NCBI GenBank assembly: GCA_042571725.1
Contig: JBHPFN010000001.1
Location: 71,218 to 135,217, forward strand
DNA length: 64,000 nucleotides
Source of the DNA: Candidatus Omnitrophota bacterium
GTDB taxonomy: Bacteria; Omnitrophota; Gorgyraeia; VGKH01; JBHPFN01
Direction: 5' to 3'
The notes beneath the pieces are model-generated. The model did not search any database. It was not told where the DNA came from and saw only the letters and a list, made by a program, of their open reading frames with translations. This document shows positions 47,035 through 56,278 of this stretch, piece by piece (position 1 is the stretch's first letter; each line of letters begins with the position of its first letter). The translations under genes and the position numbers were made by a program.

Positions 47035-47180
47035 CTCCTGCCTAGTCTTCGCTTGGAACGCAGCTGTTCTTCATACAGCTCGCCCGGAGTCCAATCTTTA
47101 TCCTTCTTATTTTTCTTCTCCTCAGGGAGAAAGATCTTCTTCGGATCCAACTTATATTTTGGTTTCTTCGTCCGTCGCAT
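47031..47180 (-). CDS. Small basic protein (49 aa), translationally coupled (ATGA overlap) to the HhH-GPD gene
   Basis: ORF MRRTKKPKYKLDPKKIFLPEEKKNKKDKDWTPGELYEEQLRSKRRLGRR with SD GAGGTGA. Absent from the ORF track because it is under 60 aa. Confidence 0.35.
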   Translation of the reverse strand: MRRTKKPKYKLDPKKIFLPEEKKNKKDKDWTPGELYEEQLRSKRRLGRR

Positions 47181-47186
47181 GTTGTA

Positions 47187-47324
47187 TCACCTCTTTTTTC
47201 TGCCGATTATATACCCTATCACGCCGCCAATCAATGCAATGCAAATAACTGCGCCGGTCTTACAGGTTAAACAAATTTCAGTACCGCTACACCGCAATGC
47301 TTCTGCAAAAGGACACGTATTCAC
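47187..47324 (-). CDS. Small Cys-rich single-TM peptide (45 aa, GTG start)
   Basis: VNTCPFAEALRCSGTEICLTCKTGAVICIALIGGVIGYIIGRKKR. Strong SD AAGGAG 6 nt upstream of GTG. Its stop overlaps the SD of the next micro-ORF. Confidence 0.35.
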   Translation of the reverse strand: MNTCPFAEALRCSGTEICLTCKTGAVICIALIGGVIGYIIGRKKR

Positions 47325-47335
47325 AAGCTTCTCCT

Positions 47336-47626
47336 TTACTCAAACTTATAGACCTTCTTGATTGGCTTGACTACTTCCCATGTACACTTTAATCCCCTGG
47401 GAAAGGTTACAAGATCTCCTGCGTTGATTTCTACTTCACCGTCTGCGGTCTTTACTTTTACTTTACCTTCATACACATAGGCAATCTCGGTGTCAGAATA
47501 CTGCCAATCAAAAGTAGACGGTTCACATTCCCACGTATTCCATTCTCCTGTAGAAGACGGTTCATCGGGAATTCCTAATTTTCTAATTTTATCTTTTTCC
47601 AACTTTTCAATCTTTATCTCACTCAT
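47336..47626 (-). CDS. Cupin-domain protein (DUF861 / cupin_3-like)
   Basis: Beta-barrel signature EVEINAGDLVTFPRG. Confidence 0.6.
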   Translation of the reverse strand: MSEIKIEKLEKDKIRKLGIPDEPSSTGEWNTWECEPSTFDWQYSDTEIAYVYEGKVKVKTADGEVEINAGDLVTFPRGLKCTWEVVKPIKKVYKFE

Positions 47627-47652
47627 TCACGCTCCTTTCTGAACTGCATCTA

Positions 47653-48459
47653 CTAAAGCAAATCTATTTTTTTTAAATATTTCTTCAGCCTCTCTAAAAT
47701 GATGTATTTCGATTCAATAAATCCAGTGTTATGTCCGCCGGTTATGGTCAACAATTCCTTAGGCTGGGCTGCAGCGTCAAACAACTTTTTTCCTAAACTA
47801 AAAGGAACTATTTCGTCATTCCGACTGTGGATAAAAAGTTTCTGTGTCTTAAGATTTTTTACTTTTGTAATCGAATCAAATTTGCTTATAAATAAAAATG
47901 ACGGTAGAAAGGGATACACTATTTTTCCCATCTCTTTTGCAGAGCTAAAAGTAGACTCAGCAATAACACAGGCAACGTCTCTGTGTGTGGCAAGATCAAT
48001 TGCAACCGCACCGCCAATGGATTCTCCGTAGGCGATTATTTTTTTTCTATCGATGTCGTCCCGGCGTATCAGGTAGTCGAACGCAGCCCGCCCATCTTTG
48101 TAGATACCTTCCTCAGTAGGCTTGCCCTTGCTTTTTCCATAACCGCGGTAATCAAAAATGAAGGTGTTAATGCCTAGGTGATAAAAGAAGGCTATCTTCT
48201 CAAGCCGATGGCAGATATTACCGCCGTTTCCGTGAGCAAAGATAATCGTTGCTTTTGCCTTTGGGCTTTTTATAAACCATCCGTTAAGTTCAATACTATC
48301 TTCCGTTTTAAAAAAAATATCTTCGAATGGTAAATCGACTTGTTGCGGAGTGGTGATTACTTCACGGGTAGGAATAAAGATGCTGCGAAGCTCAATATAG
48401 CGTATATAAAAAAATCCTAAAACAATACATACAAATAAAATTAGGATACTTTTTACCAT
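47653..48459 (-). CDS. Alpha/beta hydrolase (S9 / BAAT-like)
   Basis: GESIGG nucleophile elbow. N-terminal TM. Confidence 0.65.
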   Translation of the reverse strand: MVKSILILFVCIVLGFFYIRYIELRSIFIPTREVITTPQQVDLPFEDIFFKTEDSIELNGWFIKSPKAKATIIFAHGNGGNICHRLEKIAFFYHLGINTFIFDYRGYGKSKGKPTEEGIYKDGRAAFDYLIRRDDIDRKKIIAYGESIGGAVAIDLATHRDVACVIAESTFSSAKEMGKIVYPFLPSFLFISKFDSITKVKNLKTQKLFIHSRNDEIVPFSLGKKLFDAAAQPKELLTITGGHNTGFIESKYIILERLKKYLKKIDLL

Positions 48460-48467
48460 AACGAGGC

Positions 48468-48872
48468 CTACTCTTCTGTTTTTTCTTGCGCTTCTTCGTA
48501 TTGCCAGCTGACTAATTTCCTATTTTCATCAAAAAATAGATATACTTTCTCTGAGCCAAAAAATTCCATGGGATGCCGATAGACAAATCGTTCCTTCGCT
48601 TGACTCTCACCGTCAATTTCTCGAGCTGAAATCGGTTCCCCAAAAGACCTTACGATTGTTCTGCGAGATGTTCCTTGCTCCAGCTTATTATCCCGATAGG
48701 CGCTCAGGAGTTTTTGAAACTTCTTTTCCTGTATCTCAACATACCGCTCATTGCCTTCCTGCGATTTAGAATATCCATGCAAGGTCTTTAATCCGCTAAT
48801 TTCTTCAAAGGTAATACATCCGTAGACGCTCAGTGCCGCAATGAGCATCATAAAGTATATACAATATTTCAT
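48468..48872 (-). CDS. Hypothetical lipoprotein
   Basis: Start refined to MKYCIYFMMLIAALSVYGC (lipobox VYGC). Confidence 0.4.
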   Translation of the reverse strand: MKYCIYFMMLIAALSVYGCITFEEISGLKTLHGYSKSQEGNERYVEIQEKKFQKLLSAYRDNKLEQGTSRRTIVRSFGEPISAREIDGESQAKERFVYRHPMEFFGSEKVYLFFDENRKLVSWQYEEAQEKTEE

Positions 48873-48905
48873 TCCTGCCCCCTTATGTATCCTATTTTCC
48901 AATTA

Positions 48906-49673
48906 CTATGAGGATTGTTTACTAAAACAAATCTCAGCTATTCTTTGGCCGCCGATTCTATTAGGCGAAATTACTTCATTCGCACCGGCTTTATGGATTC
49001 TATGGGCTATCGAATCGTCAAAACACCGTGCGACAATAAACAAATTAGGATTTAAATCGCGCGCAGTAATCACCACATAGAGATTATCGATGTCCGAAGA
49101 GAGCGCTGAGATTAAACACCCCGCCGCCTTAATATTCGCAATCCAGAGGGATTCTTCACTGGTTGCATTTGCGTGAATTATCGGTATGTTGGGAAATTTA
49201 TCTTCAATTTTTTTTGTTGCGCTTTGATCCTGTTCTACAATGATTAAGTCTTGGTTGCCCTTCTTGAATTCTTCGACAATTACCCTTCCGGTTGTTCCTC
49301 CGCCGCAAAGAATTGTGTGATGCTTCATATTTTTAATCTTATCGAACATTTTCTTCCTCCTAAAATAGTTTCTTAAATCTGCGCCGACGAGAAAACTGGT
49401 TACGATTGCAACCCATCCCGCCAGTAACGTAACACCCATAAATATTAAGAATATAGTAAAAAGTCTCCCTGTCAATGAAAGCGAACCAATTTCCCTGAAT
49501 CCGACAGCAGAGATAGTAATTGCCGTCATGTAAAAGGCATCTGCAAAGGTCCAGCCTTCAATAAGGTAGTACCCGAATGTTCCGATTAAAAAACAAACAG
49601 CCAGGACCGCAAAAAGCAGCAAGACTCTTTTTAAAACAACGCTTATATTCGATACCGCGTGACTTTCTTTCAT
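48906..49673 (-). CDS. 2-TM ion channel with RCK/TrkA-N domain, non-canonical selectivity filter
   Basis: Pore helix TAITISAVGF in place of TVGYGD. NAD-binding-fold GGGTTGRVIVEEF in the RCK domain. Confidence 0.65.
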   Translation of the reverse strand: MKESHAVSNISVVLKRVLLLFAVLAVCFLIGTFGYYLIEGWTFADAFYMTAITISAVGFREIGSLSLTGRLFTIFLIFMGVTLLAGWVAIVTSFLVGADLRNYFRRKKMFDKIKNMKHHTILCGGGTTGRVIVEEFKKGNQDLIIVEQDQSATKKIEDKFPNIPIIHANATSEESLWIANIKAAGCLISALSSDIDNLYVVITARDLNPNLFIVARCFDDSIAHRIHKAGANEVISPNRIGGQRIAEICFSKQSS

Positions 49674-50041
49674 CTCTTCTTTACAGACCTACATTTCTTG
49701 TTTTTTCTTGACTCGCTACATAGATATTTATAAAGGCTCGGGATTTTTCCGTTTTCAATTGGAAAATCAGCACAATGTAGGGGCCTCACAGGGTAAATCC
49801 TGCATAATTTGTTTTTTCGCTGGAATACGCATCGGCGATCCCTGACAATAGTTGCTACTCTCCAGCCAGAGGGAAAATCATTATCCCTGCACAACCCTTC
49901 AAACCACGGTTTTTTTAAATTCAAATCGAGCAGAGAAAGCTCAATCGCCTTCTTGAAATCGACTTCAACTCCGTCTTTGCAACAGCTCCCGGATTTACAG
50001 GTTTTACATAGCGCAACTGCGTGCCTTCGTTTCTCATGCAT
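49670..50041 (-). CDS. YkgJ-family CxxCxxCC Fe-S/zinc cluster protein
   Basis: CKTCKSGSCC motif. Confidence 0.55.
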   Translation of the reverse strand: MHEKRRHAVALCKTCKSGSCCKDGVEVDFKKAIELSLLDLNLKKPWFEGLCRDNDFPSGWRVATIVRDRRCVFQRKNKLCRIYPVRPLHCADFPIENGKIPSLYKYLCSESRKNKKCRSVKKR

Positions 50042-50061
50042 AACAATACTACCTTCCGCTT

Positions 50062-52293
50062 TTACAGTTCAATATCCTCAACGCTTAACACTAAAGCAAC
50101 ATTTTCAAGGTTATCAATATAGTGAGAATAATACTCCAAGAAGCGCTCATCCTGCTCATCTTCGGGAAGCGAAACTCCCAAAAAAGTCATAGCGCTTTCC
50201 TTAGAGTATGCAACGATTTCCTCTTTGGGAGACCGGTCAGACTGAATGACAACCGGCTCACATATTATTCTGGCATTCTCAGCCAATTCAATCAAGTGTT
50301 TTCTGGCAGGCTCAATATCTTCTTTATTATCAACAAGGCGTATAAGACGTATGCGGGCACTCGACCACTCCCTATTCTGTGTCAGAAGATACGCCAATAA
50401 AAGCATCATGCCTCCGTTTCTCTGGCCCCTCCACCACACATCAATCAGCGCTCCACCTGGTGCAAAATCCCCGGATAAGTATCTGTTCTCGATAAATTGT
50501 TTGTTTTCGTTAATTACAATCAAATTACAATGTAATTTTTCTATGCTGCGCAACAATTCAACATAGGTAGAGCGGTTCTCTTTCTGGTCAGACCACCCCA
50601 ATAACACTGTGTTAGGCTTAAGACCGGTAACGCCGTGGGCCTGAATCAACATTTGAAAACCCGTCATGTAATCGGGAGAGATAACTACCTCACCGAAAAC
50701 ATCAAGATTTTCCCTTTCAATAAATTCTTTTAACGACTTCTCCTCATTCGCTCTGATTTGTAGACGCTCCTGAAGCTCGCCGACAATAATATGCGCTAAG
50801 GTAAAAAATCCCCTGCCCGCTTCAAACCATCGACCAAACAACACCAAAGGAAGCCTGTTCTCGGGACGACCGCAAAATACCAGAATCTGGGGCCTCCATG
50901 ATTTACTGTGAAAAGGTTCATTGCGTAATTTATACAAATAATCTTTAATCTTTCGAAAATAGAATCCTCTCTTCGCATCACCCCAACCGACCTTGTCAAC
51001 ATAGCGCTCAGTGTATTGATAAAGGAGAAAAATAACCAAAAGGGCAACGAGGGATGCTTTCAGGTCAATTGCAAACATAGCAATGGCACAACCAAAAGTT
51101 CCGACTAAAGAGAATCTCCAATGGAAGAATTTAAACCGCGGCCTGAAACTTGGCGTCTTGCTATACCCTTCATAGAAAGTTGCATAATTCATCAATCCAT
51201 AGCTAATCAAAAAGAACATAGTTACTACCGGTGCGATATTATTTAAATCAGTGCACACAATAGCCACAAGTGCTATGCCTAATGTCAGGTATGTCGCACG
51301 GCGCGGTTCGCTCATCATCCCAAATCCCTGAGAAAAAGGCTGCAAAAACGGAAAAATCTTATCTTTAGAAATCGCTTGAAGAATCCGAGGCGCACCTAAA
51401 AAACTCGCAAGCGCGGAAGAAAGCGTCCCCGCAAAAATCCCTATGTCAATAAGAAACGGAATGGGAGAAATTTCTTTCGCAATTAAATACCGCGTTTGCA
51501 GCGCCTCCCTAGACGCCGAAGAACCAAGCAGCCAAATCAAAACTAAATACACTATTGCCGATAAAAACAGGGATGCAAATACACCTTTTGGAATGTCTTT
51601 TTCCGGACGTTGCAAATCGCCCGACATCGCAACCCCTTGGGTAAATCCGGTTATCGCCGGAAAAAACAGGGCAAAGATAAGCCAAAAATTTTCTCCGGGA
51701 CGATACGCTGATGATAAATTTTCTTTAAGAAATTGTGCATTGAAGTGCGAAAACCCTCCCCATAAAAACACAATGACCGCAGAAAAAAGAAGTGCCATAA
51801 TCACAAATTGTAGTTTCGTTGCCCAATCGACACCCCGATATACACAATAGAAAAGCAGCAAGCATACGATACTTGCAATGAATTTTTGATAAGGCGCAAA
51901 CTGTGGTAGCACTGAGCAGAATATTTCGGCAAAACCAATAATATAAAAAGCAACGGATACGGCCATTGCGAAATACAGCACTATGCCACAGGCAGCACCA
52001 AATTCCATGCCCAGGCTGCGCGAGATTAAATAGTAGAGACCTCCCCCTTTTACGCGCATATTGCTGACAATTGCAACAAGTGAAAGGCCCGTTAACGCCG
52101 CAATTGCCACAGCAATTAATACAATGAGCGTACCTTCTCTCAATCCTGCATTTCCTACCACATACCCGAAACGCAGGAACATAATAATGCCAAAGATCGT
52201 TAAAATACTAGGGGTAAAAACCCCTGAGAAGGCATTTAATTTTTTAGCTTGAAGTTCTGCGGTGTTGTTTTGGGATGATTGTTGGTCGGCCAT
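50062..52293 (-). CDS. APC-superfamily transporter of the cation-chloride cotransporter (SLC12-like) type with a C-terminal cytoplasmic domain
   Basis: GVFTPSILTIFGIIMFLRFGYVVGNAG matches the CCC TM1 signature. 743 aa: 12 TM plus a soluble domain. Confidence 0.7.
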   Translation of the reverse strand: MADQQSSQNNTAELQAKKLNAFSGVFTPSILTIFGIIMFLRFGYVVGNAGLREGTLIVLIAVAIAALTGLSLVAIVSNMRVKGGGLYYLISRSLGMEFGAACGIVLYFAMAVSVAFYIIGFAEIFCSVLPQFAPYQKFIASIVCLLLFYCVYRGVDWATKLQFVIMALLFSAVIVFLWGGFSHFNAQFLKENLSSAYRPGENFWLIFALFFPAITGFTQGVAMSGDLQRPEKDIPKGVFASLFLSAIVYLVLIWLLGSSASREALQTRYLIAKEISPIPFLIDIGIFAGTLSSALASFLGAPRILQAISKDKIFPFLQPFSQGFGMMSEPRRATYLTLGIALVAIVCTDLNNIAPVVTMFFLISYGLMNYATFYEGYSKTPSFRPRFKFFHWRFSLVGTFGCAIAMFAIDLKASLVALLVIFLLYQYTERYVDKVGWGDAKRGFYFRKIKDYLYKLRNEPFHSKSWRPQILVFCGRPENRLPLVLFGRWFEAGRGFFTLAHIIVGELQERLQIRANEEKSLKEFIERENLDVFGEVVISPDYMTGFQMLIQAHGVTGLKPNTVLLGWSDQKENRSTYVELLRSIEKLHCNLIVINENKQFIENRYLSGDFAPGGALIDVWWRGQRNGGMMLLLAYLLTQNREWSSARIRLIRLVDNKEDIEPARKHLIELAENARIICEPVVIQSDRSPKEEIVAYSKESAMTFLGVSLPEDEQDERFLEYYSHYIDNLENVALVLSVEDIEL

Positions 52294-52324
52294 TCCTTAA
52301 TCTCGTTTTAATGGAAAATCGTTA

Positions 52325-53236
52325 TTAACGGCGCATCCTGCCTTCTTCAATAAGTTTTAAAAATACATCAACCACATCTTCGCGAAATTGCATTCCTTTA
52401 TGATTAACCAATTCTTGTTTTGCCTCTTCGATAGAAAGGGCCTGTCTATACGGCCGCTCGGTACACATTGCATCAAAGGCATCTGCAACAGAAATAATCG
52501 AGGCTAATGTTGGAATCTCATCTGCGCTAAGCCCTTCGGGATACCCTTTTCCGTCTGGGCGCTCATGATGTGATTTCACAATTGATAAGGCGGGTCGAAC
52601 CATGTTAATGTCGCTTAAAATATCCACGCCAATAACAGGGTGCCTACGTATCTCGTTCCATTCGCGGTCTGTTAACGGATCTACTTTGCTTAAGATGCGT
52701 TCGCTCACGCCAATCTTTCCGATATCATGCAAGAGTCCGACGGTACGGATAAACTCTACTTGGGAATCTGATAACTTTATTTCTTGAGCAATTAATGTAG
52801 CGTATCTGGTGACCCGCTCAGAATGTCCTTGCGTGAAACGGTCTTTCGCTTCTAATGCGTTTACCAGGGAGTGAATTGAGGCGAGAAAGTAAACCTCTAA
52901 ATCTTTATAGGTAGATTCTAGTTGCTGTGCCATATCCTCGAGGGTATCTGCAACCATGCCTATTTCATCGTCCGATTTATGCGCAAGGCGGTAATCGAAA
53001 TCGCCTTTGGAGATGATGCGTGCTGCGGTAGCAAGCCTCTCAATTTTCCGAGAAAAATGCCGAACAATAAAATATGCTCCTATAGACGAACTTATCAAGC
53101 CAATCGAAAAAGCAATGATTATATTGCGGGTAATCGGTTCTCCGAAAATATACAACCAGCTAAACGCTATAAAATAAGTCCATACAAGCAGCGTAATGAA
53201 AGAAAAGCGTAATCTCTTTTGAAAATAAAATTTCAT
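52325..53236 (-). CDS. HD-GYP domain c-di-GMP phosphodiesterase with N-terminal TM/HAMP-like region
   Basis: HDIGKIGV and HHERPDGKGYP motifs. Confidence 0.75.
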   Translation of the reverse strand: MKFYFQKRLRFSFITLLVWTYFIAFSWLYIFGEPITRNIIIAFSIGLISSSIGAYFIVRHFSRKIERLATAARIISKGDFDYRLAHKSDDEIGMVADTLEDMAQQLESTYKDLEVYFLASIHSLVNALEAKDRFTQGHSERVTRYATLIAQEIKLSDSQVEFIRTVGLLHDIGKIGVSERILSKVDPLTDREWNEIRRHPVIGVDILSDINMVRPALSIVKSHHERPDGKGYPEGLSADEIPTLASIISVADAFDAMCTERPYRQALSIEEAKQELVNHKGMQFREDVVDVFLKLIEEGRMRR

Positions 53237-53303
53237 CTCCTTACTTCGTCAATCCCCCTCTCTAAAAAATCTATTAGTAAGATTATATCATTTTTTTAAA
53301 GAA

Positions 53304-53831
53304 TTATCTCTTATATCTTCCCATAAGCTTTGCCTCGGCAAGAATATGGCCTTGCATCTTACCTAGGAGTTCTTCTTTAGTTATGCCGGCATTAACATTG
53401 AGCATGGTATCTAGCGCATACAGCTTAAAGAAATAGCGATGATATTTTCCTGGTGGCGGACATGGACCCCCGTAGCCTACTCTTCCAAAATCGGTCATGC
53501 CTTGCTTAGAGCCATCAGCCAACACCAGGGTCATTGCAACTTCCTCTGGTAATTCTGTCGTGGCTGCTGGTATATCATAGAGTACCCAGTGTACCCAGGT
53601 ACCCATAGGGGCATCAGGGTCATCGCTAATCAAAGCAAAACTTTTCACACCTTCAGGAGTCCCGCTCCAACGTAGTGGCGGCGAGATATCCTGCCCTTGG
53701 CAGGTATACTGCTTAGGTATTACCTCGGTATTGTTAAATGCCAAACTGGTTAATTCTAGCGCCATGGCCACACCTCCATAAACTAAAAAAATTCCCAGGC
53801 TTAATACGCAAATCCTTCTAAGCATCTTCAC
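53304..53831 (-). CDS. YbhB/YbcL-family PEBP (Raf-kinase-inhibitor-like) protein, exported
   Basis: [23 protein letters not shown] signature. Signal peptide. Confidence 0.7.
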   Translation of the reverse strand: MKMLRRICVLSLGIFLVYGGVAMALELTSLAFNNTEVIPKQYTCQGQDISPPLRWSGTPEGVKSFALISDDPDAPMGTWVHWVLYDIPAATTELPEEVAMTLVLADGSKQGMTDFGRVGYGGPCPPPGKYHRYFFKLYALDTMLNVNAGITKEELLGKMQGHILAEAKLMGRYKR

Positions 53832-54766
53832 CCTGCTTTCCTATAATTCAAATAATCCTCAATTATTTTTTTATGGTCAAATGCGTACTCGTGATTAAGC
53901 AAATCTTCATACCTGATAACCTTAGCCCCTTTTGCGTCGTCTCCTGCCTTCAGAGTTCCTTTTGCTTTTGCAATAAAGACTGTACCAATGACATGAAACC
54001 GCGGGTCACGGTCCGGCTCAGAATAAGCATGAAACTGTTTTATTTCGGTTAAATCTAAATCCGTCTCTTCTTTTGCTTCACGCTTAACTGCCTTCTCCAG
54101 GCTCTCTCCATAATCGACGAATCCACCCGGAAGAGCCCATCCGTAGGGAGGATTGGACCGTTCAATTAATACTATTCCCTCTTCTAATTCAATAATCGCA
54201 TCTACCGTGCAGAAAGGCCCTTGTTGAAGTTTGCTCTGGATATATTCGATGTATCTTTCTGAATATTGCTTAAACGTCTCGTACGCTTTGTCGTTATAGA
54301 GGCAAAAAATTATTTCACTTAAGCTTGATTCATTTTCCCGTAAATGCTTAAATACCTCCTGCGCCATAATCTTGGCTGCTCCCACCAGCGGAAAACCTCC
54401 TACGCCACAGCCAAGCGCAGGAAATGCGATAGATTGAATCTTCAATTTATCAGCACATTTCAAAGAGTTTGCGCAGGAGTTACGAATCTTTATCTCGTCA
54501 GTTTTAAAATCCATGCCCATGGTTGCTGCGTGAATAACGTATTTTGCCTTTAGTGAACCGGCAACAGATTCGATTGCTTCACCAATCTTTATTGGGCCTT
54601 TTTTGACTGCATCGTCTTCGATAGCCTTGCCGCCTTTTTTCCGGATTGCACCGGCTACGCCTCCGCCCATCACAAGTTTATTATTTGCAGCATTTACTAT
54701 CGCATCAACCTCTAATTCCGTCAGGTCAGCTTTAATAATTGTAAATTCTGTATTTTTAATCTTCAT
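53828..54766 (-). CDS. Macro-domain (ADP-ribose / O-acetyl-ADP-ribose processing) plus NUDIX hydrolase fusion
   Basis: N-terminal macro motifs ([18 protein letters not shown]). C-terminal Nudix box [24 protein letters not shown]. Confidence 0.65.
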   Translation of the reverse strand: MKIKNTEFTIIKADLTELEVDAIVNAANNKLVMGGGVAGAIRKKGGKAIEDDAVKKGPIKIGEAIESVAGSLKAKYVIHAATMGMDFKTDEIKIRNSCANSLKCADKLKIQSIAFPALGCGVGGFPLVGAAKIMAQEVFKHLRENESSLSEIIFCLYNDKAYETFKQYSERYIEYIQSKLQQGPFCTVDAIIELEEGIVLIERSNPPYGWALPGGFVDYGESLEKAVKREAKEETDLDLTEIKQFHAYSEPDRDPRFHVIGTVFIAKAKGTLKAGDDAKGAKVIRYEDLLNHEYAFDHKKIIEDYLNYRKAG

Positions 54767-55109
54767 TTTCTTCCTTGGCGCGAATCATTACCAAAACCAT
54801 CTTGAATTTTTCTACGGCTCTAAGTGAATGCGGTTTATTTGCCGGCATGATTACCGACTCTCCTGCTTTAACCTGTAAGGCATTGCCGGAAATTACTACT
54901 TCGGCCTCTCCGTCAATAACATCTACCAACGCATCAAATGGTGCGGTGTGTTCACTCAAACCCTCTCCTTTGTCGAATGCAAAAACCGTTACCGTGCCAA
55001 TTTTTTTATCAATAATGGTTCGGCTTACCACCGAACCATCTTGATAGCCAATAAGATCGACAAACTTTAGTACCTTACCTTTCAGGTCTCTTGCGTCCTG
55101 GTTATTCAT
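54756..55109 (-). CDS. Cupin-domain protein
   Basis: 117 aa; small beta-barrel cupin signature (G.H.H.....E). Confidence 0.55.
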   Translation of the reverse strand: MNNQDARDLKGKVLKFVDLIGYQDGSVVSRTIIDKKIGTVTVFAFDKGEGLSEHTAPFDALVDVIDGEAEVVISGNALQVKAGESVIMPANKPHSLRAVEKFKMVLVMIRAKEENED

Positions 55110-55120
55110 AAAAAACCTTT

Positions 55121-55750
55121 CTACGTAGCTAAACTATTTTTTAGCTTTTTGCCTAAATCAAGCAAATAATCAAAATCGGATTCCTTTTCACTGCCAAGAA
55201 CCATCGGCTCTAAATAAATAAATGCCTTTCCGCGACTTAATGTTATCGTAAGAAAATGCGGAGGAGGTGAAGTTTCAATAACAGGAATAATCTTTTGAAA
55301 ATAACTATCTGCTTCAAGGTTCTTATTAGCTGGATACCGGCTTTTCGAACTTCTATTCTTTGGATCATATAGGAAAAATAATGAAGCATCGACTGTCACA
55401 TCAAAGGTCACTGCCACACGTCTGACCTGCGGGCTTGCGGCTCTTCTGTGGCGAGCCAAATCAAGGAACTCTAAGCAGGTTAATAGCGTCACCACTCCAT
55501 CAGTGATAATATTACCTACGTGCGAGAAGGCCCTGCATTTTCCTTCCTCATCAATATCTAACTTTTCCGAAAGCTCATTTTCGATTTGTCCATCGTCTTT
55601 CTGCTTATACATCAAACCTCGCTTGGCGCTATATTCTTTCATAGCAGCTGCTTTTTTCTTATTAAAAATAATAAGATAAATTCCTACCGCTATACAAAGA
55701 GCAATAAAAACAATAGGAATCGCCGGATTACCACTTGACTCAACCGCCAT
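55121..55750 (-). CDS. Hypothetical membrane-anchored protein (N-terminal TM, cytoplasmic domain)
   Basis: No motif recognised. An AGGAGG RBS and the 27-nt palindrome lie upstream. Confidence 0.4.
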   Translation of the reverse strand: MAVESSGNPAIPIVFIALCIAVGIYLIIFNKKKAAAMKEYSAKRGLMYKQKDDGQIENELSEKLDIDEEGKCRAFSHVGNIITDGVVTLLTCLEFLDLARHRRAASPQVRRVAVTFDVTVDASLFFLYDPKNRSSKSRYPANKNLEADSYFQKIIPVIETSPPPHFLTITLSRGKAFIYLEPMVLGSEKESDFDYLLDLGKKLKNSLAT

Positions 55751-55768
55751 AGTAACCTCCTTTTTAAA

Positions 55769-55795
55769 AAAAGTATATACTTAGTATATACTTTT
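55769..55795. promoter_or_regulatory. Perfect 27-nt inverted repeat (13-1-13) aaaagtatatact-t-agtatatactttt in the promoter region of the gene at 55121-55750; candidate operator
   Basis: Arms are exact reverse complements. Also contains two TATACT (-10-like) hexamers. Lies 19-45 nt upstream of the ATG. Confidence 0.45.
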
Positions 55796-55798
55796 ACG

Positions 55799-56278
55799 TT
55801 ATTTGTTTAACCACTTCTTTTCGTTGTCAATGTTAGGATTTTTCCAGTGCCAGTTATCTCCGCTGGAATAGATAATATTTCTGAATTCAAACATTCCATC
55901 CATCTTCCATTTTCCGTGCTCCTTTACAAAATATATAGGCGCCGGGCTCTTAAACATCTTGCCGAAACGCATAATCGCTTTGTTGCCGTACTTCTCTACT
56001 TTATAAGATTTGTTCGCCCAAATATTATATGCATTGCGTAGCTGTCCGGGATGTCGATGAGAAAGATATTGCTTATTCGATTTTTGATACCTTTGAAATT
56101 CCTTAGTGCTGCACAGATCAGATTTTTCAAAACTACCTTCTTTACACGCTTGTAAGTATGTTCGAAACGTCGCCTCGGGAGAGGAAAAATCCATGTCAGC
56201 AGCTTGTATTCTCGAAAAGCAAAAAGCCATTAATAAATGTGTCGCTAATAAACAAACGGCTATCTTTTTCGTATTCAT
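55799..56278 (-). CDS. Hypothetical secreted protein (159 aa)
   Basis: Signal peptide. No recognised domain. Confidence 0.4.
   Translation of the reverse strand: MNTKKIAVCLLATHLLMAFCFSRIQAADMDFSSPEATFRTYLQACKEGSFEKSDLCSTKEFQRYQKSNKQYLSHRHPGQLRNAYNIWANKSYKVEKYGNKAIMRFGKMFKSPAPIYFVKEHGKWKMDGMFEFRNIIYSSGDNWHWKNPNIDNEKKWLNK

Noticed and set aside
55769-55795. The 27-nt AT palindrome read as an intrinsic terminator for the upstream gene
   Set aside because: It would form an all-A/T stem with a one-nucleotide loop, which is thermodynamically poor for an RNA terminator. It is more consistent with a DNA operator.
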